The position numbers were made by a program, and so were the translations under genes. Shown here piece after piece: positions 26,101 through 38,746 of a stretch of 64,000 bases of DNA. Source of the stretch: Daphnia carinata. Its lineage: Eukaryota. Location of the stretch: contig NC_081331.1 of assembly GCF_022539665.2 (NCBI RefSeq), positions 1,426,001-1,490,000 of the forward strand. The letters are read 5' to 3'. Each line of letters opens with the position of its first letter. Positions within the stretch are counted from its first letter, which is position 1. The notes below the pieces were generated by a model. The model was not told where the DNA came from. It worked only from the letters and a program-made list of their open reading frames with translations, and searched no databases.

Positions 26101-29100
26101 TTGAAAACGTTGGGAAGTGTCTCTTGAAAACATGAAAGTCAGTCTTTTCTGGCGTTGTTTTGGATCGCCTTTTTCAAGGATTTTTCAAAGTTCTTCTGTA
26201 TTATTACCTGGCTCGTTTTTATTACGTAACGAATTATGCGGCAGAAACAATTCGCGCACGTCGCCCATGTCAAGTATTTTTCGGATTTCCGCTAATTTTT
26301 TTTTTTTTACATTCAAGTGCCGCCGTCTCTGTTACTATCCTGCCTTTTTCTATGCTGCTGATGCCATTCTGCACGGACGGACACACGCACGCAAGCGATG
26401 ACGATCGCGGGGAGGGGGGGGACCGATCGAGCTGTGTTCGGTCGTGATGTAGATAACCTTGCCGGCAGAGACACTTGAGAAGATCATTTTTTTTTTTCGA
26501 AAGAGAAAAAAAGGTAAAAATCAAATTCTTTTTGAAAAACCTCTCTGGCCAAATGAATGGATAACATGTACGTTGCGAAACTTTAGATGGAGTTAGCGAA
26601 CCTCCACCCAAGAGTTGCCGGTTCTTTTCTTAAAGACAAAAAGAAGAAGAAGAAGAAGGACCAATTAAACTCCTCCACTTCCATCAGTGGAGGAGGAGGT
26701 AGCAGGATAAATATTGCACTCTCTCCCTCGCCGGAGGCCCATCCGTTCTTCAAGGACTGATGATGACTATAGCACAGCAGCTTTTTTTTTTCTTTATTAT
26801 CTTTGAACAACGTATTTATTCATTTATTATGCCTGTGTGGCGAGCTGAATCACCTTCAATCTGGACATTTAGCCGAAATATTTGAGAATCTATGCAACTA
26901 ACAATTTCAACTGTATATTCAAAAATTGTTTTCGCTTCTTTAAAAAATCATGCTGCGGTCCATCTTCTTCATCCGCCTAGCAGCAGTCACGTACCGGTTT
27001 GATATGGCTCATGCATGATGTAACCCAAATACAGGCACGCACGTCAACGTACAGTACGTACGCGAAGGATAGCGAATCCTAGTGCGAGAATTTTTCCATG
27101 TAGATTTTAGTTTTTTATTTGGCCCGCAAGGCATGTGCATACGATATTCTGCTATGCAAACCTCGCGTGTTCAATCATCTCACCCAGCGGTATGCGTATG
27201 GAAATCTTTGATTCGCCTGCTAACTGAATGGAAACAGAGAAGCGAGTAGCAAAATAATATTCAACAAGCGACGTCGTTTATTGATTTCACTTTCCTATTT
27301 TTTTTTTCGCTGCTTCTCGTGTCCTCTATTTACTATGATTTCTTTTTCATTCTTAACTTTTCCTTTTTTTTCTGAAGAGGGGGATTTTTCTTCGACGATT
27401 GTCGGGAAACTTTGTGGCAATAATAGCCGGTGCCTGAATGCGGTGGCGTTGACGTTTGGTTTCGAAGAGGCCGTGCTCACAATATCCTTTCACTTTCATC
27501 ATTCCAATACAAGAGGTAAAAAAAATATATATTACCGCATCATTAGCTCGATATTCACATGCGCATTAAAAAAAAACACAAATTAAAAATGTATAATGAC
27601 TAGAGCAAAAGCAGCCACAGCCTACACCGCACCGGATGGGCAACCTCCCGTCGTGATTGGTATTGCCTAGTTGCGTCATCTGTGCACAGCGTGTACGTCT
27701 ATAGATATACATAGGCAACGATATGAAGATCTTGAAAAGACATAATCGTAAATTAAAGAAGATGACCGTAGAGATGGTTGCAAAAAAAAAGAAGGAAAAA
27801 GAAAGCAAAAGGGAAAATTAGGCAGAGTTAGTCTAGAATATTGGCGGGACGCACTATTTAAGGGCTGTAAGCATTTACGTAATATGCCAGTAGGCTATTA
27901 CCGACAAATGCACAGAAATAAAAGAGAGAGAGTGGGACTAGAGAAAACCAAAAAACCTCCAACAGTTCGTTATATCGTCTCTGACCTTTTTGAACTCACT
28001 GGCTTTGGTCCTACCCACAGCACGCCCTAATTATTCGTCGTTTTTTTCAAACGTGTCTTCGACCCCACCCAGTTTCACCGCCAACATCCGTCAACGGACG
28101 CACGCTACACAATCGTATTGCCTCCTACTCCCTTTTGTTTTGTTTTTTCGGTTCCGTTCGAAAGAAAAACAAATTTCTGTTTTGTGATTTTTTAATTTAA
28201 TATATGCCGAGCACGAAGATGCTAATTCACTAGCCCCATCTGTATTATAGGGAGAATAGAGAGTTCTCAAGTCTTGTTCGTCCGTGATTGATAGCGCCGC
28301 TCTCAGCAGGTATAATCAACGAGCGCGTCTATACTCTACTCAGGTAAATCCTGCTTTGTTCTAATCAAGTTCTTCTTCTTGATTGCATGGGCAAAGGGTG
28401 GTGGTTACGCTATTTGACGATGCCGTGCTTCATGTTCTTTGATTGCTCGCCCTCACTCTCACTCTCTTCGCATTCTTGTGTGCCGATTCTTGATCTTGTT
28501 TCTATAGTTTTATCGGTTAACGAATGGGCCGCAAGAACGTGAGCTGGCCTTCAACGATCAATTACGATACAAGAACTGGCTCGGCAGCAAAATTTAGCAA
28601 AATGCCGTTTTCTAAAGCAATTAAATCAAATACATTCTCGATCCTGACTTTGTTCAACCAGCTGTTCGTAATTTCAATGTTACCTGGCCAACTTATCATG
28701 CTGGCAACACTTTTCCTGTCGAAGAATTGCCATTTGTCATTGTTGGAGGATTTCTAAATCAAATCGTGTTCTACCCTGGACGTAACGGAAATCATAGTTG
28801 CATTGTTAGGGGGGGGGGGGGGGCAATTCTTCGTAGTTCAAGAAACGGTCGTTCGGTTGAGCCAATTGAACAAAAGCAGGTATGCACACGTATGGCCGAC
28901 TTTCGCCCCTCGTTACCTGTCTACTTGCTTTTCAAAAGCTGACGTGAGCTATGATGCGGTCTATCTTATTTTATTGTCTATACAAGAACATAAACCGGCC
29001 AGTAATAAACGAAGGCAAACAAAAAAAGGAAAGGCTGAGCCCCAGTAAACGCAATCACTCTCTCTTTCTGGTTCGCTGACGAAGATGAATTCTCTATACC

Positions 29101-31399
29101 AAATTGAAACAAATGGCGGAGCAAAAAAAAAAAAAGAAAACAAAAAAGGAGGCGATGGCAGACGTTTCTCGAGAGTATATGAAATGCCGTTATTACAAAC
29201 GCGCCTGCTCAAATACGGCCACCATATGCAGAACAAGAGGTAGTCATAACAATGCAGAATGAATAGGTATAAGACACTTTTTTTTTTAAGTGGTTACGAA
29301 AACGCCAACTGGGGAGTAACATCTGTATACAACTTAAAATATAGCGATCATGACGACATGGGAATGACGTGGACCTTTACAAATTGAGAAAACAATGCAG
29401 TCGTTACACGGCCGATCGAATGCCACACCATCGGACCCATGGTCTACAAGGCATACGAGCTCCGCCGAGCAGAGCCTCTTTCTGTTTCGTTGCACGCAAC
29501 GCACCAGCCACTAAAAAAAAGGGGGAGGATACATTAACCGACATTTAGTAATTTCAACATTAAAAAATCACAGCCTGTTCCACTTTTACCTGTCGGTGTA
29601 AATGAACTCGCAGCGAATAATTGGCTCCAAACGAATTCTATTGCTTATATTTACAAAGAATACCCCGAAGACTCCCATACCTTAGATTAATAAGAATCGT
29701 ACAGCTTTTTTAATATTCTTTTAAGTCTCGGCAAGTTTTTCCAGCAACTCGGCATGTGTTTCACGCAATTCATTTGCGGTGTAAACCGCGAGCACCTTCC
29801 CCGTTCACGACAAAGCGACACGGTTGACCGGCGGGGGGTTTCCAGGGAGCGCAGAGTTCGCACCAGGTGCAGCGATAGCAATAACAGTTCATAACGGATG
29901 ATATCGTCTATTCTCTCTCTCACCTTTTTTCTCACTTGGAGTTCAAAGGTACAAAGGCAAAACAACATTTTCAAGTTTTTTGTCGCTGCAATTTCACGTT
30001 ACAACAGCACGCCGCAAAAACGCAGCAAAAATAAGAATGAGATAAATAGACTATTTAATTAACGTATGCAGGAACGCGCTGTTGCAGGCACGGAAGCGGG
30101 ACCACTATAGTCACGTACGCTGCAAAAATAAAAGGGATGGCAATCATTCCGCCACATCATGCCAATTGGCCTGTATTATACGAAACGAGCTGTATAGCAT
30201 AAAACTAACGCATGCATTTTATTTTGACATTCACGAAAGGCAAATTTTCAAAAGTTAGACAAGGCCCATTATTTGTAACAAACTGCAGAACAGTCATTTT
30301 GAGACGGGAATTCAAAGCACCATAACGTCAAGAGCATTCGGCTCGGATTTGCCACGCACTGAAAATGAAGCACGAACGTCGTGCTCGTTTTCATTATTTA
30401 GTACAACACATGCGCTGAAACCGACAGAGGACGCTATATGTTATGACGATCTCATTAGGCTTTCAGTTTCCATCTACGAGACCCCTCCAGCGTGCGGTTC
30501 AACTGGCTCTTTTCCTTCCCTCTAGTTACGTCTATCATCCGTGAAGAAAAGGGGATGACTCTGATTACCGTACACAAAAGGGCCCGCTCCAATCATGCCA
30601 CGTACCAGAGTACTGTGATTGTAGGAAAGCAGATGAACTATATAGCCCGTCGTCCTAGAAACAAACGAGGTTGAATTTGACACCGACGCTGTGTGTTAAC
30701 CAAAGCTGGAGCTAATGAGTGGGCAGGCACAAGTCGATTGACAGCAAAGCATACAATGGCGAGACTACATGGAAACGGTTGAATGTCCGGCTTTACGGTT
30801 GTCTATAACGAATGACCTATACAATCCATTCTTCTATTCTCTTGTGACTATACTGCGATCCAATTTTGAGCTTTTTTTTAGTATAGATGAGAGAGAAGAA
30901 AAAGGAAAAAAATTGTAAGTTATGACATCACTTACAAATGAATATGAACTGTAAATCGAGCTTTGGCCAACAAAGATTGCACTATGTTAATACGCCGGTA
31001 AAGAAAGTGAAATAAGGTACGGTATACACGTATCTACGTTTGTCAAACAAATGCGAGATGACAAGAAATACACCACCAGAATCAAACTAAAGAGGTTTGA
31101 AGATTTTAAAGTGTTTTATTTTTTTTTTTTTCATGTTTTTGTGAAAAGAGATATTTTATCATCTCTTAAACCGACATAATATGTACAGTATATGGGGTAA
31201 ACTAAATAATAACATTGGTAGCGGCATATTTTTACTGTCGTAGAATTAAGAGACATCTAGCGCTACAGCATTTGATTGCCAGCTAAAACTGTTGTTTTCG
31301 TTCTCTTATAACCGCACGTTTCGGGATTGACTAACACAAGATACACTTTCTATAATATGTGATGTAATAAATTTTCACTCCAGCAAAAATTTGGAAGTG

Positions 31400-32120
31400 T
31401 ATAAGCTATGGGTAATCACATCAATGTCAGCTTTTTAGTACAAAATATATTAAAGAAAGTAAATGTAACACCATAAGCGTGAATGGCACAAGTAGTCAAT
31501 TGCAATCAAAACTCGAAAATGGATTTCTAGCAGCATCTTATTAGCTGTTGGTTTTCTGTATGGAAGTTAAGATGTTGAAGATGTGTCTTACCTAACAGGG
31601 AGCACTCTTTTTATCAACATGCTTCCCTATAGTTCTGGAATCATAAATAAAATAAAAGTAGATCATGCTTTCATAACTTGCCTTTTTGACATCAGCCGTT
31701 TTGAAGTATGAGACTAGCTGAAGAAGAGAGAACCTTACTAAGTTTTATCATAGGGTACAAGGTTATGTAGGCTGAATGGAAACTGCTTCAATCTATCAAC
31801 AGGAAAACAAAGAAGTTTTGAATAGAAATGCGATGTAATAATGAAATGATAATAACTGACAGTTCTTCCTTCAATACAGCTTCTTTCAACTAGCTACCTG
31901 CTTTGCTTACCGTAACATACTGCTTACTTTGCATAGAATACGTAGAACGTCCAAGACACCCGAAATACTGCAACAAAAACAATTTTGTGACATTTCAGAT
32001 GACAATTCATACTTTAAAGAAGCACTACAGTCAATCGATCTATTTTGAGAGAAGGGGTTCCTCAAAGCAGCCCACACTTGAAAACTATGTGTACTGACTA
32101 TACTATTAAGCAAAAGAAAT
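31400..32120 (-). ncRNA. Probable spliced non-coding transcript (snoRNA-host-like); boundaries approximate
   Basis: Cluster of minus-strand splice signals (exon 31928-31967 cag..gtaag; exon ending 31682 at AAG|gcaagt; exon ending 31592 at |gtaag) with no convincing ORF, downstream of a DRE and a pyrimidine-rich TCT-like start. Confidence 0.45.
31763..31922 (-). ncRNA. Candidate intronic box H/ACA-like RNA
   Basis: Short hairpin, then AAAGAA (ANANNA, 31881-31886), then long stem (arms 31847-31880 and 31771-31798, with G-U pairs only on the minus strand), then ACA (31766-31768) + 3 nt. Folded by eye; no target identified. Confidence 0.4.
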
Positions 32121-32136
32121 CGATTGAATATCGATA
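32112..32136 (-). promoter_or_regulatory. DRE element (TATCGATA) plus TCT-like initiator
   Basis: TATCGATA at 32129-32136; minus-strand TTTCTTTT at 32112-32119. Both motifs are known from arthropod housekeeping and 5'TOP promoters. Confidence 0.5.
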
Positions 32137-32659
32137 CTCACATCAAAAGAGCCAATAGTTGAACTAGCTTTTGGTCACGTGGAGATAGCCAATACAAAAT
32201 CATACATCTGGCGGTGCTGAGTGTCATCTCGAGTTGAGTACGCTGTCAAATACGGAGGTGTGTAACACAAAATTACGAGTAAATCATAAGCTGTAAAAAG
32301 TTGTCATCGCGCCAAATAAGTGAAACGTGATTCACCGTAAAAACCGGATAATTTAAGTGAACTGGTTCCTTTGTGTTTAATGTTCTTTCAGGCCTCGTAT
32401 TCTCGTGCCATGCTGACTACTGCTGAGGAAACTACCATGCCATAAATTGCGTATATTTCGTATGCAACCAAACACTAATTGTTTACGATCCGCGCTTTTC
32501 ACTGTAAATAGGGCTTTTCTTTACATTACCTTTCCCTTTGCAAGCTTTTTATAAGCTTTTTACACAAAACACTAAGCTCACACGAATTCCAGAATCCCGA
32601 TCTTAGTTTTTCGCACGCCGCAACTGTGAACAAAGGCGTTTGACAGCGAGACCCGAAAA

Positions 32660-33358
32660 ATGGCCAACAGAGCCGCATGTGCAAATCTTCCTCAACTATT
32701 ATTGTTAATAACAATTTTGACTTACCTAGAGCGCGAGGTCGCCCACGCAGCCACCGAAGAAGGTAGGATCTAAAGAATTTTTTATGAAATTAATCAGTAA
32801 AACTGTTCTCATTCGATTGGGGAGAACGTTAATAGATAAACGCACGAAATCAAACTAAAGCTTGTATTTCATCACGCAGATTTTTCTGGGAAGATCCATA
32901 AGGAGAGTGGCAAGGATTTGGTTCCCGAATGGAAATGGATCGTGAACAAACCAAAAGAATTAAATTTTGGAAAACACTTTGACATCGTTCGCAGGACGCT
33001 TGGTGTCATCAGTGCCATTTTTACAATCTGGATTTTTATGGAGACGAGGGACAGGCAATACGAGAAACAAAACACAGATGAGTTGCTGGAAGAATTCAAC
33101 TTGCAGCTGGAAAACTTAAATTTTCGTGTAGAAGAAATTAAAAAGTCTTTACTACATCTGTCTTGCCTATACGATGGCGTCCAAGTGCAATCGGAGAGTA
33201 AAGCCGTGATTAGAAATTGTTTACAGTTTATTCAACGATATCGCAGAGATGCTATTTATGCCTCTCTTTTAGTGCAACCGTCACACAGTGTGACGGACAG
33301 ACAAATAAAAAAAAAGAGTTCTCTCGCCAACCTAAATGCAGAAGCTCGGCCAAAATAA
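32660..33358 (+). CDS. Unrecognised signal-peptide/hydrophobic-helix/coiled-coil protein, paralogue A (~193 aa)
   Basis: Exon 32660-32762 (MANRAACANLPQLLLLITILTYLEREVAHAATEE, G|gtagg) + exon 32880-33358 in phase 1; AATAAA at 33368; clear similarity to paralogues B and C. Confidence 0.85.
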
Positions 33359-34685
33359 GTAAATTTCAATAAACTTGGTGACATTTATTTCTTTTGCCAT
33401 TGTATATAACTGAATAATACGGCTTAAAGAAATTATCGTGTAAACCTACTTCGAATTTTTTTCTGCATTGGAACAGTTTCTTCGTCGGTGATATCGTTGA
33501 TTTAGTATTCAACATCGATAGTAAAAGCACGAGCGATATCGTTCTCTTGGGGCAATCTTCGTTTTTTCTTAATCCGATAATGGCTTCGGCTTTCCCAAAT
33601 TTCATAATGAGGCATATTTTCCCCTGGACGTACCTGCCAAGGTCCGTCTGGTATCATTATAATTCATCATACTCCCCCTTTTAAGTTACGTAGGATTTGC
33701 AGTGAGCATGTCACAGGTTAGAAAAAGCGTCGCGATCAGCGGAACATGATTTTGCAGTAGTTTCTACCGTTTCTGAAGGCTTCAGGTTTCGTGTTCTGCC
33801 TCTGAAATTTCTTATTTTGCGGTGTAAAGTCCCAACGGCGCAGAATAATAGACATCTAGCGCTACAAGGTATGACTGAAGTGGTGAGGCATGAGCGCACG
33901 TTCCGTTTTGTACCGCGTGATAGCGGCATAAGTAGAAAAAAAAACAAAAGCAATAAAACGTAACTGAAAATCTAAGTAATTGGAAGGTGTGCCGACTACG
34001 TAACTGGCTACTCATTCACCAAATGCGATATGCTGTTAAAGAAGCCACATATTTCCTAATGTACTGCACCTGAATTATGTAAAAAAAGCAATTCACGGAT
34101 GTACATTACGAAGCACGACTGATGATTTGCATCACAAACAACCAGCTACCAATCAGGTGCCTGTAGGATTTGAGGAGTCCCTTATTTCCTTCTGTGTTAC
34201 AAGTGCCGTGAACCCTAGCCGTTTGTATTACTGGGCCGTTGTAAACAGCATTGTGTCATACTTCACCTACTCCACAACGTGTGTCACACTATATTTTGTA
34301 CAGAAACCAGGTCCAGATGAATTGAGCAGTTTATATTATGCAAACATGCACCCAGCGCTTGTTTGTTTGTTTTGACATGGCTAATTTTGAATGAACACCT
34401 TCCCGAATAAGTTCAGCCTGGCCCTCTTCGCAGAGCAGAAAATAATTTTTGTGATGTCACCTCCGGTTGTTTTCTTTTGTTACTATCTCAAGTTCGAAGC
34501 TTTTGGCTCATGAACCCAAAAAACTTGTCATTTCATGATTATTGTGTTTTATTTCTTCTCCTGAATAATTCGACGTGTCGAGCCGTTAACAGGGTGTTCA
34601 GCCCACCTCTTCTTCATTCTTGAACTTGGGGATGTCGTACTCTTCTTTAACAAGCGCACGAAACGGAAGTTCATAGGGCGTTTAC

Positions 34686-34721
34686 TATATATATGCGAAA
34701 AAGTTGAGTACAGAGTTCAGT
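34686..34721 (+). promoter_or_regulatory. TATA box + Inr of paralogue B
   Basis: TATATATA at 34686 and TCAGT at 34717, ~31 nt apart. Confidence 0.6.
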
Positions 34722-34859
34722 AATCATTTGACTAAGCAACCAGTGAAGCTTAATAACTACCTTTGGTCTAATAAGTAACCTCCGCTTACTGGTAACAATC
34801 ACTTTACCTAACTATACGTAGCTGGATTAAACAGTACGAATTAATACAAGGATTTCATA

Positions 34860-35533
34860 ATGACCAATGTCATTTTTCGATATGTTAACGTGTTGATCTT
34901 GATGGTCTTTTGTGTTCAGCATTCAAACACCCATAGATTTATGGACGAAGGTAGGATCCACACTTTCCATATACGTGTCCTTAGAAAAATGAAAATGGAG
35001 TACGTTTTGAATTCATTTTTTCAGGTTTCTCAGATAAAGTCCATCACCTTTCTATGGAAAACGAGTCGGATTCGGCAACGAAAGAACACATCAGCGTTCG
35101 TCGCAAACTTAGTTTCTTAGGCGACACCCCCGGCGCAAAATTCATTAATGGATTATCGGTTGTCTCCAGTATTTTTACAATCTGGGGTTTTATAGAAACA
35201 AGAGAAGTCGTAAAACAGGCGAAAAAGATGGAAGATTTCACACAAACAAATGAATCTGAGAAAATTGAATTGCTCGAGGAAATTGTTCAGAAACTGGATG
35301 GCCTCCACTCCGGATTTGCACAAGAATTGGCCAGTGTCCGACATTCTCTTAAACAATTAACCTGCAGATTTGACGCCGTTCACGCCGAAAGTAAAGGCAT
35401 CCATCAAGATTGCTTGCAATTCATTCGGTCGTCCAATCAAGTTTCCGCAAAGCTATCCGTGAAACATTCCCGCCACAAAACTAATTCTCTTGACGAATCT
35501 AATATGTTGTCAATCGACAATGATATACAATGA
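34860..35533 (+). CDS. Paralogue B of the same family (~199 aa)
   Basis: Exon 34860-34950 (MTNVIFRYVNVLILMVFCVQHSNTHRFMDE, G|gtaggatc, the same donor context as A) + exon 35025-35533; motif SIFTIWGFIETR. Confidence 0.85.
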
Positions 35534-37206
35534 AGCGGAATTTTGGTGAATTTTATTCATTGAATATTTGTTACCGTTGAAATACACTTTTAGATGGAAG
35601 CCACCTAGGCGTGGTTTTAGTGTTTCGTGCTTTTTACTATGCCTCGGGTAACTTATTCCCCTACTTTGAGTTGCAATTAAACACTTGTAAACAAGTTTTT
35701 ACAGCACAGTAGGGGAAAAAAGATATTTTTGTTTTATGTTTGTCTGCGAATACGACTGCAAGCAAAATTTAAATTTTTTTTTTGTATTTTCGTAACCAAG
35801 AGGAATGGTCAGAAAATCACCTGTCTTTCAAAAGGTGTGAGGATGGGTCTAAGTTTTTCACACAAAAAGAAAAGTCTGGCGCTTAAAACGATCTTTTCTG
35901 CCTCTTCCTCACATTGTCTATTTTTTTTCTCCAGTCGTTTCTATACTGCCAAACTAACGAAAAATGCCTAAAATCCTCTTCCTGCGGTGGGACATTACGT
36001 CAGTCCCACTGGCGCAGAAAAATGAATTAAGAAAAGAAAATAGTTGAATACTGGCTGTTGCGCAATAGCGAGTAAAAGTGTTCCACATAACAGGATGCCC
36101 GTAATCCATGGCCAAGCTGGCTATCAAATTCAAATGAGAACGCTGAAAGGTCATACCCAAGAAGAAAGTGGAATCTACCAAGAACAAGACTTTACCTTTA
36201 AGAATTAATGCCTGATATAAGGTAATCATAAACGTCGCGATTACCGGTTTTTACCACAACTATAAGCAAATTTTATGGACTCGACTTGTATAAAGACTGT
36301 AATGAAGCAAGAACTCTGCCATCCCCCTAAATCAAAAGGACCGGCCCTGGTAATTGGTTAGCAACATTACAGGTAGAAACTCTGAAAATTCCTTATCGTT
36401 TTCTACCATTCTTGTACTGTTTCGCAGCTCGAATTACACGATTGGCTATAGTTCTTATTCATGTCGTGTTGACATGCAAACAATGACAATCTGAGTAGAT
36501 ATAAGATCAGGACGGATCTAAAACTAAAGTTGACATTCAATACTTTTCTAACCATGCTTGCGTGAACAATCAGAGAAGAATTTCTGAGGAAAGCATCTTG
36601 AAAAGAAAAAAAAGAGGCTACCCACTCGTTATTACTATGAAAAGAACTGACTTCGGGTGGGGGCTTCTTTTGCCGAGTACTACTTCACTGGAGAGGCTCA
36701 AACATCCCTGACCTCACTCTACGTGTTCTCAGAATGAAACGCACCCTTCGTATTTTACAGCAGTAAGTTAAACCATTAGCATTACTACTATTTTTATTCT
36801 CAAATTTAGTTCAATACTTCACCGTCCCAAAATTTTGATGCTTCTAATTTGTATCACAACCCACAGGCATGGTGAAGAAACCATCAGGTAAGAAAGCCGG
36901 AAGATGAGCTTTGTTTCGAACGAGAAGTTCATTTACTTTTTATTTCCATGTCATGTCCTACCAGGTTAGTTCGAGTGCTGTAAAAACAAAAGTTGCCGAT
37001 CGTATACAATGTCTTTACTGACTACTGATCATTGACCGCTCACGCCTTGGTCAACGTCAATAGTCCACTCCTTCATGTTAGCTTTTTCCGTTATGCGTGA
37101 CACTCCCGTTGTGCAAAGAAACGAATCCCGAGCTATATATGCGTGTCAGTAGCGATCATCTTTCGCACAACTTGATTTGTGTGCGTGATTGTGAAACGTC
37201 TTCGGC

Positions 37207-37827
37207 ATGACGCTACATTTAAGCATAAGAAACTTGCTTTGGCTCATTATCATTTTGATCTACCTGGAACCAATCCTTCCATTCGTCCTTATAGCTAACG
37301 AACGAGGTACGAATTTATGCAACGTATGAATTTAACAACACACATTTTACTACTTTGATTGTTTATGTTTTTCAGGGAAGACCAGACAAGAGGATGGCAA
37401 TAGTTTGATTCCAAAGACCATCAGCCATCGCGACCTACGCTTCTTAGGCGAGAAATCCGGTCAGTTGATGATGAGGACGCTTAGTATTGTGAGCGCTTTA
37501 TTTACCATCTGGATCTTTGCGGAGACAAGGAATAAGAAAAACGAAAAGCATGTCGACGAATTCCTTGAAGATTTGAATTTACAGCTCGAAAACCTCAACT
37601 TTCGAATGGAGGACGTTAAGAATTCCCTATTACAGCTAACTTGCCGTTTCGATGTCGTTCATGCAAGAAATAAGGGCACCAGCAGAGAATGTCTGCAATT
37701 TCCTCAAGAACGTAAACAAGTTGCGGCTCCCATTTTGGCAAAACCGTCCTACTTCATAGCAAATAGCCATATCAAGAAAAAGAGTTCCTTGTCAATCGCG
37801 CCCCAGTGGCCGGCTGGTACACATTGA
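37207..37827 (+). CDS. Paralogue C of the same family (~183 aa)
   Basis: Exon 37207-37306 (MTLHLSIRNLLWLIIILIYLEPILPFVLIANER) + exon 37376-37827, phase 1; TATATAT at ~37134; shares NLQLENLNFR with A and LTCRFD.VHA with B. Confidence 0.85.
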
Positions 37828-38335
37828 TTAACGTCAGCTTACGTTATTCGCTTAGCATTCCTCTGCGTGTAGCTTTCCTGATATCCAGTTTCTGTTCTGC
37901 CTTACTTTACTGAACATTTGATTGTCCCATTTTTTTTTCTTTTAACAATTGATTATTATGTAAAGAAGCATCTGTGAAAATTTAACGGAAAGTCTTTGGC
38001 AAGAATACAATGTCAGTCTTGTCGCCAAGTGAGGGGAGTATCAATGGCTAGCACGCAATCGTGACGTCAGCGTGAAAGCAAGTCTTGTTTCGCGTTTTTT
38101 AGAGATTTTTGTTTTCTAGAAAAGCGGGTCAATGGGTCACTGTTAACATCACGACCTTCGACAACACAGTAACCAGGGCCTTTTAGGGTTGATTTACAAT
38201 ATCCATTAATAAATTTTGTGTCTGTCAGTCGTAAATACTGAACGTGTAACTCGCTGTAGGAATTTTCGCGCTCGTTCCTAGACTCCATTCCTACGCAGTC
38301 GGGATGCTCAGCACCGGTTTCGAATAACGTAATGT

Positions 38336-38339
<4 letters not shown>

Positions 38340-38374
<35 letters not shown>
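38340..38374. repeat. (GT)n microsatellite
   Basis: About 17 uninterrupted GT units. Confidence 0.95.
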
Positions 38375-38375
<1 letters not shown>

Positions 38376-38746
38376 AAAGCCTTCACTTGCTTTAAGTGAC
38401 GGTTTCCTGTTCTTCACTTACTCTCGCGTGCGGAAGCAATTCTATTCGAGGATTAGGCTACTAGAAAGTATGGCTGGTATCCAACCGATTCAGTTAATTG
38501 GACGTCAATATGGAACTTGAAACTTTATACAATTGTATTGCCAAAACAAACGTTTAAGTTTTTACGTGAATGTTTTGCATTTCATGTGTATTGCGAAAAG
38601 TTGAACAAACCTGCAAACCCGCAAAGGCTGATGAACATTGTGTGATTTTCTTTCTGTTTGTGATATAGGAATAACGCAGAATGGTTCTACCATGCCGTAT
38701 AATACTTTTCTTGGTAACTTGATAAATCGCATTTGATTGAAGAATG

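Noticed and set aside
5700..31200. Many 60-150 aa ORFs in IRSp53 introns and upstream DNA
   Set aside because: Phe/Lys-rich translations of poly-T/poly-A tracts, many with non-ATG starts.
33366..33660. Short minus-strand ORFs convergent with paralogue A
   Set aside because: Under 80 aa with no homology evidence; cannot be told from chance.
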